64,000 nt of DNA from Candidatus Brocadiia bacterium (lineage in GTDB: Bacteria > Planctomycetota > Brocadiia > SM23-32), in assembly GCA_046538485.1 (NCBI GenBank), contig JBKHIT010000002.1, positions 135,672 to 199,671 of the forward strand, given 5' to 3'. Positions 29,024 to 39,559 of the stretch are shown one piece after another (the first letter of the stretch is position 1; each line of letters begins with the position of its first letter). Made by a program: the position numbers and the translations under genes. The notes under the pieces are model-generated. The model saw nothing but the letters and a program-made list of their open reading frames with translations. It searched no databases and was not told the DNA's origin.

Positions 29024-29944
29024 TCAGCGTGTACGGCGCCCACCGCCCTGGGATTCTTCTGTGAGCCAGGGGGGGAGGGCGGCTGAATCTCCGAGCTTGA
29101 TGCTTGTGGGAAGAACTACGGTTTTGTCTGCACCTTTCTCGACTCGTCCTTTAATCTGATCCAGCAGCAATTTCACACCGCGCTCTCCGATTTCCTCCAG
29201 CGGGATTTTCACGGTTGTAAGGGGGGGCATACTGTGTTGCGCCACTTCGGTTCCATCAAAGCCCATAACACTGACATCTTCTGGCACGAGCATTCCCCGG
29301 CTGTTGAAGGCCTGAATGGCACCGATAGCCACGTGATCATTTTGTGCAATAAGGGCCGTACATCCCGTCTCTTTCCAGTTTTCGTCAAGCCAGCGTTCGA
29401 TGATGCTTTTTGCAATATCCGCGAAAGACTGCCCCCCGACCTGTCCGACGAAATCACGGGACCAGCTTTTATCAGGTTCGATTCCTGCATCTGTCAGGGC
29501 TCTGCGATACCCGGACGTCCGCAACTCTCCAAAGCGATTCGGAGGTGGCGTGAAGAGAGAAGCGATGCATTTGTGCCCAAGTCCCAGCAGATATTCCGTG
29601 GCTTCCCGGGCACCACCTTCATCGTCTGCGACGATGCTGTACATATCCATGTCATGTTGAATAACAGATACCAGGGGAAGTTCTTTTGCGTCTTCCGGAA
29701 CAGACATGCTAAGGGGTTCACTCAAAATAAGACCGTCAACTTTGTCCCAGGCATTGGCGTTGTATTCATTAGGCAGCAAAAGCAAATGGGTGTTGTTTTC
29801 TGTAGCCGCTTGGCGGATACCCGTCAGACATTTCGCCCAGTACCCGGATGTTTCGGAAAAAGCGCTTCCGATACAACCTATTGTCCCCGTTCGTATTTGC
29901 GGGGCTGTTGAGCTACTATCCTGTTTGTGGTCTGAATCGACCAT
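29024..29944 (-). CDS. LacI-family effector-binding protein without N-terminal HTH
   Basis: ATEYLLGLGH, AQNDHVAIG, VPEDVSVMGFD, PPLTTV; only about 18 residues precede TGTIG. Confidence 0.85.
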   Translation of the reverse strand: MVDSDHKQDSSSTAPQIRTGTIGCIGSAFSETSGYWAKCLTGIRQAATENNTHLLLLPNEYNANAWDKVDGLILSEPLSMSVPEDAKELPLVSVIQHDMDMYSIVADDEGGAREATEYLLGLGHKCIASLFTPPPNRFGELRTSGYRRALTDAGIEPDKSWSRDFVGQVGGQSFADIAKSIIERWLDENWKETGCTALIAQNDHVAIGAIQAFNSRGMLVPEDVSVMGFDGTEVAQHSMPPLTTVKIPLEEIGERGVKLLLDQIKGRVEKGADKTVVLPTSIKLGDSAALPPWLTEESQGGGRRTR

Positions 29945-30019
29945 GTTTTATTTTGCTTTTCTTAAAACCCTGGCGAATGGAAGTCAATTGTGCAGGATTT
30001 CAGTTTACATAACCCGCTT

Positions 30020-30050
30020 GAAGTGTAGCAACACTTCCCAAATCGGTCAA
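30020..30050 (-). promoter_or_regulatory. Sigma70 promoter with overlapping palindromic operator
   Basis: TTGACC-17 bp-TACACT with extended TG; inverted repeat GAAGTGT-AGCA-ACACTTC (30020-30037) covers the -10. Confidence 0.7.
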
Positions 30051-30231
30051 GGACTTGGCCTCCGTATTCACTGCGTAGCCGGTCAGATTTTTCACTTCAG
30101 CAAGGCAGGCGTGACAGATACTGGCGTCAGAGCGGTAAAGATCCTCGAAATATTCAACCGCGGCATCAAGATCCAGGGTGCCATTTTGGATCAGTGGCTC
30201 CGGAGGCTTTTGAGATGTATTCTGCCATTTC

Positions 30232-31485
30232 TTATCCACTGCCAGGAAAGAACTTGATTTTTTTCTCCACTGCTTTGCCGTTCTGGCTGCGTTCAACAGT
30301 AAGTGTAACTTCGCGGCCGCCTGCAACAAACTGACGTATCAGATAGCTGGCCACGATGAGTTGACGGCGGGGCGGACCGTTGAGCTTTTGCTGTCCCACG
30401 CCAATGATGAGATCACCTTTCAAAAGACCGGCTTTGGCTGCTGCGCAATCATCTTCAATCTTTTTTACGACAACGTGTTTTTTGTTTTCTCCGCCAATAC
30501 TGAGTTTGAATCCGGCTTTGGGCGGTTTCTGGACTTTTACGGAAATCTCTTTGAGTTCTGCATCGCGCTGAACTGTGAGTTCAATGTCGCTACCAGCAGG
30601 ATAACCTGCAAGAATGCTCTTGAAGCGGGCGACATTCCAGACCGGCTGTCCGGAAGCTTTAACGATTACATCTCCTGCTGTGAGACCGAATTTGCTGGCG
30701 GGGCTGCCCTCGGCGACTGATCTTATAATGGCTCCCTGGACATAATCCTCGGGCTGTCCTTCCCATTCGATGCCGAAGAGGTGACCCCGCGGCACATTTT
30801 TACCTTTGGCTTTTTTTAAGTGGGGGAGCCAGCGTTTGATCTGATTTGACGGAACGGCGAGCCCGATACCCGTATTTGCACGAAGTCCCCAGCGCGTTTC
30901 AATGCTACCGTTAACTCCGACCAAGTGGCCATTCATATCGACGAGTGGGCCACCGCTATTGCCCGGATTAACGGGAACATCGGTGACCAGAGCATCGTTG
31001 TAGATGCCACGGTAGAGATGTTTGGCGGAGAGAACTCCGATCGTGAAAGTCGGCGTTTGGTCGACAAGTCCCAGTGCCAGGGGGTTGCCCACTGCCACGC
31101 AATACGATCCAACCCGAAGCGCATCGCTATCACCCAACGGCAGATAGTCGAGTTCGGAAACTCCCTGAATTTTGAGGAGGGCAAGATCTCCTTCACGGTT
31201 AAGGCCTACCACATACGCTTTGCAGGATTTGCCATTGCCAAGTCTCACCGTGAAGTGTTTTTTATCTCCAACAACATGGGCATTTGAAACCATGTAGCCG
31301 TCCGGGCTTATGATCGCTCCACTGCCCCCGCCGATAAAGACGAATGCCGGCCGTACGTCTGCCATAAGGTCCCTGAGCTTTATCTCAAAATCTTCGGCAA
31401 CACCAGAGGAGATCGGCGCAGAGAGAAGCCCGATCAGGATAATAAGGGCTGAGGTTGCAGGCCATCTCGCGAGGTCTTTTTTCAT
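30232..31485 (-). CDS. HtrA/DegP-like serine protease with two PDZ domains
   Basis: Signal peptide; SNAHVV (His), DLALL (Asp), GNSGGP (Ser); GSPA and AAAKAGL.KGD PDZ motifs. Confidence 0.9.
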   Translation of the reverse strand: MKKDLARWPATSALIILIGLLSAPISSGVAEDFEIKLRDLMADVRPAFVFIGGGSGAIISPDGYMVSNAHVVGDKKHFTVRLGNGKSCKAYVVGLNREGDLALLKIQGVSELDYLPLGDSDALRVGSYCVAVGNPLALGLVDQTPTFTIGVLSAKHLYRGIYNDALVTDVPVNPGNSGGPLVDMNGHLVGVNGSIETRWGLRANTGIGLAVPSNQIKRWLPHLKKAKGKNVPRGHLFGIEWEGQPEDYVQGAIIRSVAEGSPASKFGLTAGDVIVKASGQPVWNVARFKSILAGYPAGSDIELTVQRDAELKEISVKVQKPPKAGFKLSIGGENKKHVVVKKIEDDCAAAKAGLLKGDLIIGVGQQKLNGPPRRQLIVASYLIRQFVAGGREVTLTVERSQNGKAVEKKIKFFPGSG

Positions 31486-33545
31486 TCTCTTTCTCCCAAC
31501 GTCAGGGGGATGCTCAATGTTTTGTATTGTCCCACGCCCAAATCATCGTCCTCGGCGTTTTCGAGATCGAATTCTCCTTCGGCTTCGTTTTCATTTTCAT
31601 CATCGGTCCCCCCTTCGATCTCTTTTTGGTAGATTTCCCGGAGACGCTGCACTTTCAGGGTTATGCGGTCACCGACTTCGTAAGATTGGACTACATCAGT
31701 CAGCTCCTTCCACGAGTTTATTTTCCGTCCTTCAACGGCCAGAATTTGGTCGCCTTTTTTGAGGCCCGCAGCCTCAGCGGGGGAGCCATGTATCACCGCA
31801 CCTACGAATGCTCCTTCCGAGAAAGCTTTTTTCTGGTCCATGGCGATTCCGATGAATGCCCCACGGATGCGCTCGATGGACTGCCCCGATTTCATTTTTC
31901 CGATGTCTTTCTTAATGTGGTCGATACGGGAGACGAAGCTGATCCCGCTGTTAGGGGCCGAATACCAGCGTCCGGCGATGGTGCGCCATTGCAGCACCAT
32001 ACCCATGACAGGTCCGGGACGGAGAGGTTCAGCGGTGATCCCGAGGAATCTGCCTTTTCTGTCGATTACAGGCCCGCCGCTATTGGCAAAATTGACGGTG
32101 CCTCCGAACTGAAAAAAACGACCGCTCTGCCGCGATGAGGCGCTGACCACACCCGGGTTCAATGTGAAAGGCCGTTTGCCTTCCATAACTCCAACGACAG
32201 CGGCTTGCCGGCCCAGAGCAATCGCGTCGGTTTCGGTGTTAAGATCGAGATGAGGCAGGTCGTCTGCTTCGATTTTTAGCAGTGCTATCCGGAGGGGTTT
32301 GTGATGGGAAATAACTTTCGCTGGCAAAGTCCTCCCATCGGAAAGAATAGCGGTGATTTTTTCAACGGGGTTTCGCTGTTTGCGGTAGTTCCGTGGATTG
32401 CCAATGAGTTTGCTGAGACTCCATTCGTCAAAGGAGATTGGCTGAATCCCCTTTTTCTTGTGAACGAAAGCAAGATCTACGGCAACGTTGAAGGCACTTG
32501 TGAGAATGTAACCATCCGCTGATATCAACGCACCAGTTACGGGCGCATCGGGGCGTCTGACCTGCTGGTTGGCGCGCAGAATCTTTTCGGCATGAAAAAA
32601 TACGTTTGCCAGTTGAGCTTTTTCGGCTTTGCTGGCATTGTTCCATTTATCCTGATGTTCAGCAATAAAGCGGGGCCAGTGATAACGAGGCATTTCCTCA
32701 AGTGGATGTTTTCGCTTTATATCCAGTTTTACAAGGGCGGGAACGATATTCCTGGCGGCCCCAAGGAAATCTTCCCCTGCGGCGATGTCATCAGCGGGGG
32801 GGTTTACGAGAGGCGTCTCACTTGTCTTTACACTCCCGTCGGCGAGCGAATTGAGAGCCTTCTTGATTTTAAAGGTCGGCACCGCTACCCCGAGCCAGCG
32901 AGCGTCAGAAAAGCTCAGCGATACGATGCCGGCGAGTTTCCCTTCGCTATCGAGCAAAGGGCCGCCGTCCTGCCCCGGGTTGATGGCGGCGTCCGTTTCG
33001 ATTGCAAGACCCTCGTATGAACTCAGGCCCGAAGCGCTACCGACGTCATAAATCCCTGTAATGCGCCCCGCGCTGAAAGAGGCCTGTGCGCTACGCCGAA
33101 GCATGTGGCGAGCATTACCGAATGTGTAGGCTCGCTCTCCAAGTTCCGGGAGCGTCTCCGCCAACGGGACATAGGGGAGTTCATCGGCATCTACTTTTAG
33201 CAGGCTGGCCTCAACCTGTGTGGCGCTTTCAACCAGTGTAGCTTCCCGACGCGAATGGTCAGCGAAATAAATCAGTATTGTTTTCTCAGCTTCGGGCGGG
33301 ATAACAGTTGTGGAAGTCAGAATATAGCCGTCAGGTGAAATTACCACACCCGTCCCGTAATAACTGACGAATTCACTCTGACTGAAGTATATACCTACCG
33401 TAGCCGCTGATCCTGCCTTCGCGACTTTCTGGAAGGTTTCACTTATCGATCCGTTGCTCCGACCGCCATAAACTGGCCCGAGAGCAACCACGAGGATCGA
33501 GAGAAATACGCAAAAGGCTATTTTTAAGTTTTGATTCCTGCGCAT
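31482..33545 (-). CDS. Tandem trypsin-like (HtrA) domains plus PDZ, probably catalytically inactive
   Basis: Two DGYILTS motifs lacking His (TSTTV, TSAFN); GQDGGP and ANSGGP; C-terminal PDZ GSPAEAAGL. Confidence 0.85.
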   Translation of the reverse strand: MRRNQNLKIAFCVFLSILVVALGPVYGGRSNGSISETFQKVAKAGSAATVGIYFSQSEFVSYYGTGVVISPDGYILTSTTVIPPEAEKTILIYFADHSRREATLVESATQVEASLLKVDADELPYVPLAETLPELGERAYTFGNARHMLRRSAQASFSAGRITGIYDVGSASGLSSYEGLAIETDAAINPGQDGGPLLDSEGKLAGIVSLSFSDARWLGVAVPTFKIKKALNSLADGSVKTSETPLVNPPADDIAAGEDFLGAARNIVPALVKLDIKRKHPLEEMPRYHWPRFIAEHQDKWNNASKAEKAQLANVFFHAEKILRANQQVRRPDAPVTGALISADGYILTSAFNVAVDLAFVHKKKGIQPISFDEWSLSKLIGNPRNYRKQRNPVEKITAILSDGRTLPAKVISHHKPLRIALLKIEADDLPHLDLNTETDAIALGRQAAVVGVMEGKRPFTLNPGVVSASSRQSGRFFQFGGTVNFANSGGPVIDRKGRFLGITAEPLRPGPVMGMVLQWRTIAGRWYSAPNSGISFVSRIDHIKKDIGKMKSGQSIERIRGAFIGIAMDQKKAFSEGAFVGAVIHGSPAEAAGLKKGDQILAVEGRKINSWKELTDVVQSYEVGDRITLKVQRLREIYQKEIEGGTDDENENEAEGEFDLENAEDDDLGVGQYKTLSIPLTLGERE

Positions 33546-33719
33546 TCTGGGCCTTTCGGAACTCAAGTACCCCCACAACTTACAATCAGGCATGAATCGA
33601 TAAATGTCAAGCTCCCTTATGCCTTCGCGGTTCTGCCTGTCGAAAGGCCTGCCTCTGCTCCGATTCAACACCGAAGCCCTTTCTCGTGCAGCTAAATTTT
33701 ACCGGAGGCGTCGTGCTTT

Positions 33720-34754
33720 TCAGCTTCTCTGGTGATTGAGCAGTGGCATGACGAGGGCTGGCTCGTAACGCAACGCTCGGTAAAGGGGCATTCTCCGCCC
33801 TTTTTCGGTGCGGTCGGGGTTGAGGAATTCCCATACAATCTCGCCGGCGGGAGTTACCTCGAAAAGTCGCCCGCTGTCGGAGTCGGTGATGAACGTATTC
33901 CCGTTCGGCAACCGTTCATTCGCACCTCGTGTGGGCGAATAGAAATCGGAGGGGGGAGAGGCCGAGTATTGCCAGACGATCTCCTCTGCGAGAGGGTCGA
34001 GTTCAATAATCCGTGTCGCTTCACGGTCAGTGCCGTTATCGAAAATAAGGATATTGCCATTTTCCAGCATCGTCGGCATGTGCTGTTTCTCCAACTCGCC
34101 TGGACCCCAGGCCCAGATGATACGCTCAGAGTCTCGATCAACGACTGCAATGCTGTCGAGATTGCGGGGGCTGATCAGAAGGTTGCCCGCGCGGAACCGT
34201 TCGTCTTTCTCACCGGTGAAACTCGAGGGCAACGACTCCACGGTATTCGTGTGAGCCCAATCATAAGGTTCGGACGGGAGGGTAACAGGCACGAGGTCGG
34301 CAATCTCATCGACATGTTCGTCCAAATGCCACTCCCACGTCACTTGGCCGGCGGGATTGACTTCCAGGATACTGTCACTCTTGATCGTCCCTTCCCGTAT
34401 TTTTTTATTTTCGATATATTCCCGGCAGACGATCAGAGTGTTGCCGTTTGCGAGACGTGCCAGATCGTGATGGGCTGCGACGTCCGCGTGCCAGACAAGA
34501 TGGCTGTCCCAATCGAGTTCGATCGCCATACCCGGTACACTGTTTTCTACTTCTTTGATAATCGCAAGCAAATGGCCGTTGGGTAGCATTTCAGCATAAT
34601 GCCATGTAAAACCCTGGTCGTAGGTCCACTGGTGGACTTCGGTCCCGTCGGGTTCAATCAAATGTGCCGTTTCCGTCATGCGACTGGAATACAGGCGATA
34701 TCCGTCATCGCATTTGTCCGATTTGTGGACGATCACTCCGTCATTTTCTGGCAT
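33720..34754 (-). CDS. Arylsulfotransferase (ASST)-like beta-propeller protein
   Basis: HHD, WAHTN, QHMP, IFDNG, RLPNGNT, GEIVWEF motifs. Confidence 0.85.
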   Translation of the reverse strand: MPENDGVIVHKSDKCDDGYRLYSSRMTETAHLIEPDGTEVHQWTYDQGFTWHYAEMLPNGHLLAIIKEVENSVPGMAIELDWDSHLVWHADVAAHHDLARLANGNTLIVCREYIENKKIREGTIKSDSILEVNPAGQVTWEWHLDEHVDEIADLVPVTLPSEPYDWAHTNTVESLPSSFTGEKDERFRAGNLLISPRNLDSIAVVDRDSERIIWAWGPGELEKQHMPTMLENGNILIFDNGTDREATRIIELDPLAEEIVWQYSASPPSDFYSPTRGANERLPNGNTFITDSDSGRLFEVTPAGEIVWEFLNPDRTEKGRRMPLYRALRYEPALVMPLLNHQRS

Positions 34755-34890
34755 AATCAAGATCTCCGGGAAGACAAAATTCACAAATAGCGAACGAGTG
34801 TCATTTGCAATTTGCGTTTAGCATAGCTCTGTCAGCAATCCAGGTCAATCTCCCCGAGGAAGAGACTTTGCTGTTCTGTTATAGCCGTTT

Positions 34891-37800
34891 TTATTTTTGC
34901 GTTTCGTCTTTTCCTCCTGCCGGCCCAAGTTTAGCGGCTGATCCGGCGAACCGAGCATCCCGGTGGTTCCGATAATTTTCAAATGTTTCTTGGCAGGCCT
35001 CCGTAAGGTTTTTATATTGTTCTTGCGCGTCGGACACTTTAAGCGTGTTTAGAGCGCGCATAGCTTCCAGACGGGGTATGACGTTTCTGTTTTCGGACAG
35101 AACTTCCCGGCATAATCGGACGGCCTGCGGATGCCGGAGACGGGCGAGTGCCATCAGCATGTCGGCTCTGACATGTGCATCTTTTTCTTTGCGAAACGTT
35201 TTCAGAATCTCCGGCGCGGCATTCTGGTGTCCAAGACGTCCGAGCGATGCCGCTGCGGCGCGTCGCACGGCCCACGAATTATGTTCCAGCAGCGGGATCA
35301 GTCCGGCCCCCATGCTCCACTCGGGGAAAAAGCCGGCGAACCACGCCCCCGCCGAGAGTGCCCGGGGGTCCTCGGACGCCAGGTTGCGCTCAGTACGCTG
35401 CCGCATCTTGGCCATCCGGGGATCTTCAGGGGCTGGTTTCCGACGCACGACGATGATCTGACCGCGTCGCACGTCGAGCTGCGGGACGTCGATCCAGACA
35501 CGGCCCTTTTTGTACTCCCATTGCGCCTCGACCAGGTCGAGGTCGTCGAATCTACGCACGCTGTGCGGTCTGCGGGGTTCCTTGAGACCGATTTTCAGGT
35601 CTTTCATCGGTTCCCACTGGAGGTTAAAAAGGACGATTGCCGTGCCGTTTTCAGCCGTCAGGGGGGTTGCCATCACGGTCGGACGCGAGAGAACCAGTTC
35701 GCGTTCCACACTGCCATCGAAGAGGGGACGCGTGAGTGGCTCGCGCGGGGCGTCTTTCCAAAGAAAGCGGGGCCCGGCCCGTTTGGCGTTTGCGCTGCAG
35801 GTCAGACCCGGCCTGTGGGCCAGGTATACGAGCCGGCCGTCTCCCACCTCTTTTTCGACCCACGCCGCCTCTCCGTCATCGTAGCGCCCGCGAATTCGTG
35901 CGCCCGGACATTCGATCTCGACCGGCCATCGGGCTCGCACCGTATGCGGGGAAATTTTCGCTTCGGTTTTGACGGGCTCGAAATTCGGTCTTGTGGAGCG
36001 GACGTTTTCCTTCTCCGGTGGGATACGTTTCAGTCCGGCAAGTTCTTCCAGAAAATCGTTTTCCTCATTGAATTCGTCAAATGTCATGGCGTTTGAAGCA
36101 ACCCAGAGAAGTCCGCCTTGCTCAGTCCAGTCGGCGATTCTCTCGGCGGCTTCCCGCCGGACGTTAGGCTCGAGCACGTACAGCGCATCGTAGTATCGGA
36201 GTGCGTCTCCGTGGATAATTTGTCTGTCGGTGACCAGCTCCGGTTGAAAATAATCGTGGGATAGGTTCAGGAAAGTAGATCGTTTGTCGGCGAAACTATG
36301 AGATGGATGCCAGTATTCGGTGGCGCGGCTGTAAAGCAGAGCCACCCGACTCGGTCGCATCTTGCCGGGCGCGACGATGTCGTCAATCTGCGCGGCGCGG
36401 TTGATAGTATCGCTGATTGCCTGGTAGCTATAGCGGCTTTCCGACCACATCCATTCGGTGCCCACGTACACCGGACCGTACCAGAAATAGCTGATATATT
36501 TGACGTTATTGGCGAGCTGAGTATAGCTGCGCAGCTCCGTCGGCCAGCCGCAGTGCATCATCGGCCAGGAATACCTCTCGCCGCCTCGGTTGCGTCCCCC
36601 TGAGTTGTAGAATGCGACCGAATACGCCACAGCCTGATGGCTGTCCCAGTTCCAGCTGCTGGTCATCCAGTCGCTGACACCCGGCATCAGGTTCGTTCCC
36701 TCCCCGAAACGGGCGAGATGGAACATATCAAGCGGCATTGTGGGGCCCCGCATGTAGAGACTGTGTCCACTGAGTGCTACAAAACCTTTCATATCGGGGT
36801 TGGGGGCATATTTATGGAGGCCAGCCGCCGCGAGTGAGAACATTTTCGGGGTGAGATAGGCGCTGTAACGCCGGCTCCAATAGTAGAGTCGACGATCGTA
36901 TTTATTCCGAATAATGCGCTGGGTTGTTATCATCGGCACCTCGTCCCATGAGTTTTTGCCGAAAAATTGCGGCGTGAAGCCTCTGTCAGCAATCCAGCGG
37001 CGGAATCCTTCCCATGCGCCCGAAATCCCTCCGGCGAAACGCCAGTCTTCTTCGATGGCTTTTTTCAGCGGTTTGAGTTTTGCCCACTCGGGAGTTTTCT
37101 TCGCATCGATCATCAGATCGCCGATACCGTCGTCGGTGTCATCATCTTCTAACAACCCAGCTGCGCCGCCCGGTTCGACTTTTACACTTTCATTTTTCTG
37201 GATGGGGCGGAATTTCAGGTCCCAGACTTCCTTCCGGGGACCGCCATAGATGCCGAAACCGCCTTTCGGCGCGATTCCCCGGAGTGTGGGCATGGGCCTT
37301 CCGTCAACATACAGTGTCGCCTGGTTTTCCTCGTAGAGGATCTTGAAATGGTGAGTGCCGCCGCGCACGCTGGCGCCTTCGCGCTGGATACCTTTTCCGC
37401 GGCCCGGTCCGACTCCGTAGAGCAGGTTGTTGTCGTTGTAGCGGGGGTTGCCGTAAACGCCAAGTTGCCAGTACCCGTATTTTTTGGGGTGTTCCGAATT
37501 TCCCTCCGCCACCCGTAGCCCGAAATTGCGTCCTTCCAGCAGCCGAAAACGACCTTCAAAGACGCAGTTGTGGAAATCCGTTTTCTTTGTATGCAAAGAA
37601 CTGCTTCCGGAGAGGTCCCGCCAGCGTCCGCCGTTGTCGGTTGCAATATATCGCCAGGCGGGCGCGCTCATTTCTTCTCTCTTAATTTCGCCTGGCTCGT
37701 CGGCGATCTGGAAAATGCGTGCAAGGCGAAATTTGTCTTTACCTTCGAAATACTTACGGTAGTTTTTTTCATATTTGCGGCGGGCCGTCTCTTCGTCGAA

Positions 37801-39252
37801 AGGCAGATATCCGGACGGCCAGTAATGGCCGAGTTGTGCTTCGGCACCGTATAGCCGGTGATAGAGTTCAGGTTGAGGTGTGGCGGCGGCATTGAAACCG
37901 AGCAACCGGAAGACTTTGTACATGTAATCACGTGAAGCACCGTAACATCTTCCCGTGGCATTGCTGAAACTCAAATTTCCCTGCGCGAGAGGAAAAAGCT
38001 GTTCATCGGCGGCATTCAGTGCCCAACGGTAATGTTCTCGTTCGTGGTCGCGGAATGTGCGGAGCTTATCGAGATGGTTTGCTATATCCATATTAAGCGA
38101 AATATGCAGACCGTCGATTTCTCCCCAGCCGAATTCCCGTAGAATTTGGTCCCGGTGGGGTGCAGCGGCGAACTGCGTGATCCCGTCGGCGCCGTGCCGT
38201 TCGCGGAGCGTAATTTTCATCCCGATTCCGCCGCCGCGCAACGGGACGTGTTCGCCGTCCTGCAGCCGGTACCAGCGGGTGAAACCGATTTCTGTGTGTG
38301 GTTTCGGTTTGCCTTCCGTCTTGCGATCAAAAAGGCCGTTGGCCGCGAGCTGACAGGGCCCGGCTCGAAAAGGAACGTGGTGGATGTGCATTCCGAAGCG
38401 GATCTGAAGTGTGTTGTCCTGTGGCAGACTGTCGATGCGAAATCGGACGTACGTTCCCGGCGGATAATTGAAGTCTCCGGCCGACGGATAGAGCGTATCG
38501 TATTCGGGCGCGGTTGAGAGGAATGCGAGATCCATGCGGGCGGGATTTTTTTTCTTGCTTCCACCCACGGGGACGACTGTGAGGGTGTATTTGCCGGGTT
38601 GAAGATCAACCGTGAAAGCTTTCCACCAGTAGTAGCGTCGTCCGGTGACTTTTTCGAGGCGGGAGACATCGTAGAATGGGGGGCGTTCCTTCTGCTCAAT
38701 TTCCTCCAGCAGCCCCGGCCCATCGTCCTTTGCCGCGCCGGAGAGCGAATCTCCGCCTTCGACCTCGTAGCCGAGTTGCCTGGCCCGAAGGGGACCGTCG
38801 GGAGAGAAATCGACGGCCTTTTTGAGGTAGGCCCGGAGTCCAGCGGGCCCGCCGCGTTTTTTATTGCCATCCCCGTCATTAATCGGATTCTGGATGACTG
38901 TGTTTTGATTTTTAAGGAGTGCGACATTAAGGGGACTACTTTGATCCGCTCCAGCGACGTGCAACCAAACGTGGTATTTCCCGGCATGGCGGACATGGAG
39001 GTGGCTTTTGGTGCCCTTAGCGAGGACAATGCATCGTCCGACGGGGGAGTGTGGGTCGCGTGTAGATTCCCTCTTTTTGTGTTTGAAGTTATGCGGTTTG
39101 AGAAGGATCAGGTGCGCGTCATCGTGCGGCGCCGGATTACCATTCCACGCGGCGGCCCGGGGGATGATAACGGCCATGGTCAGAAGTATCAAAACCAATG
39201 TGGTCGTCGGGGCAATCTTTCGCTGAGTGGTGATAAGATGTGTTGCGGACAT
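34891..39252 (-). CDS. Large secreted putative glycoside hydrolase (GH42-like/trimerisation domain) with inserted lectin-like domain and C-terminal HEAT repeats
   Basis: Signal peptide ending PRAAAW; IADEP; SRVALLYS, YDALYV, WTEQGGLL trimerisation-domain pattern; VRRAAAASLG HEAT repeats. Confidence 0.6.
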   Translation of the reverse strand: MSATHLITTQRKIAPTTTLVLILLTMAVIIPRAAAWNGNPAPHDDAHLILLKPHNFKHKKRESTRDPHSPVGRCIVLAKGTKSHLHVRHAGKYHVWLHVAGADQSSPLNVALLKNQNTVIQNPINDGDGNKKRGGPAGLRAYLKKAVDFSPDGPLRARQLGYEVEGGDSLSGAAKDDGPGLLEEIEQKERPPFYDVSRLEKVTGRRYYWWKAFTVDLQPGKYTLTVVPVGGSKKKNPARMDLAFLSTAPEYDTLYPSAGDFNYPPGTYVRFRIDSLPQDNTLQIRFGMHIHHVPFRAGPCQLAANGLFDRKTEGKPKPHTEIGFTRWYRLQDGEHVPLRGGGIGMKITLRERHGADGITQFAAAPHRDQILREFGWGEIDGLHISLNMDIANHLDKLRTFRDHEREHYRWALNAADEQLFPLAQGNLSFSNATGRCYGASRDYMYKVFRLLGFNAAATPQPELYHRLYGAEAQLGHYWPSGYLPFDEETARRKYEKNYRKYFEGKDKFRLARIFQIADEPGEIKREEMSAPAWRYIATDNGGRWRDLSGSSSLHTKKTDFHNCVFEGRFRLLEGRNFGLRVAEGNSEHPKKYGYWQLGVYGNPRYNDNNLLYGVGPGRGKGIQREGASVRGGTHHFKILYEENQATLYVDGRPMPTLRGIAPKGGFGIYGGPRKEVWDLKFRPIQKNESVKVEPGGAAGLLEDDDTDDGIGDLMIDAKKTPEWAKLKPLKKAIEEDWRFAGGISGAWEGFRRWIADRGFTPQFFGKNSWDEVPMITTQRIIRNKYDRRLYYWSRRYSAYLTPKMFSLAAAGLHKYAPNPDMKGFVALSGHSLYMRGPTMPLDMFHLARFGEGTNLMPGVSDWMTSSWNWDSHQAVAYSVAFYNSGGRNRGGERYSWPMMHCGWPTELRSYTQLANNVKYISYFWYGPVYVGTEWMWSESRYSYQAISDTINRAAQIDDIVAPGKMRPSRVALLYSRATEYWHPSHSFADKRSTFLNLSHDYFQPELVTDRQIIHGDALRYYDALYVLEPNVRREAAERIADWTEQGGLLWVASNAMTFDEFNEENDFLEELAGLKRIPPEKENVRSTRPNFEPVKTEAKISPHTVRARWPVEIECPGARIRGRYDDGEAAWVEKEVGDGRLVYLAHRPGLTCSANAKRAGPRFLWKDAPREPLTRPLFDGSVERELVLSRPTVMATPLTAENGTAIVLFNLQWEPMKDLKIGLKEPRRPHSVRRFDDLDLVEAQWEYKKGRVWIDVPQLDVRRGQIIVVRRKPAPEDPRMAKMRQRTERNLASEDPRALSAGAWFAGFFPEWSMGAGLIPLLEHNSWAVRRAAAASLGRLGHQNAAPEILKTFRKEKDAHVRADMLMALARLRHPQAVRLCREVLSENRNVIPRLEAMRALNTLKVSDAQEQYKNLTEACQETFENYRNHRDARFAGSAAKLGPAGGKDETQK

Positions 39253-39559
39253 TGGCGCTATGAAAAGATAAGTTAATGACATAGATATAAGCATGCTAAA
39301 TAGAGCGGAGACTGTTTGCAAGCACTGGACTATTCTGAACCGATACTCCGATTGTTGTGATATTGTCTGAAATCGTCCTCGCTTAGCATCTGGACTAATT
39401 CGGGTTACATAATCTTTTTCTGGTCCGTGCCCTGGCGACATTACTACCGGTACAACCACGGAGCACAACCAGCGCTGCCAGCGGGGTATGAGCAATACGA
39501 ATAAGTCGGCAGGTTGCGTGAAATGAACTCCGAAGTGCTTTGACGCCTCATTACCAAAT

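Noticed and set aside
30000..30329. ORF as the missing HTH of the LacI-like gene
   Set aside because: No HTH pattern, it overlaps the HtrA 3' end, and it lies upstream of the predicted promoter.
33732..36096. Long antisense ORFs (33732-34586, 35131-36096; also 20259-21050, 27384-28181)
   Set aside because: They shadow well-supported genes on the opposite strand and show no protein motifs.
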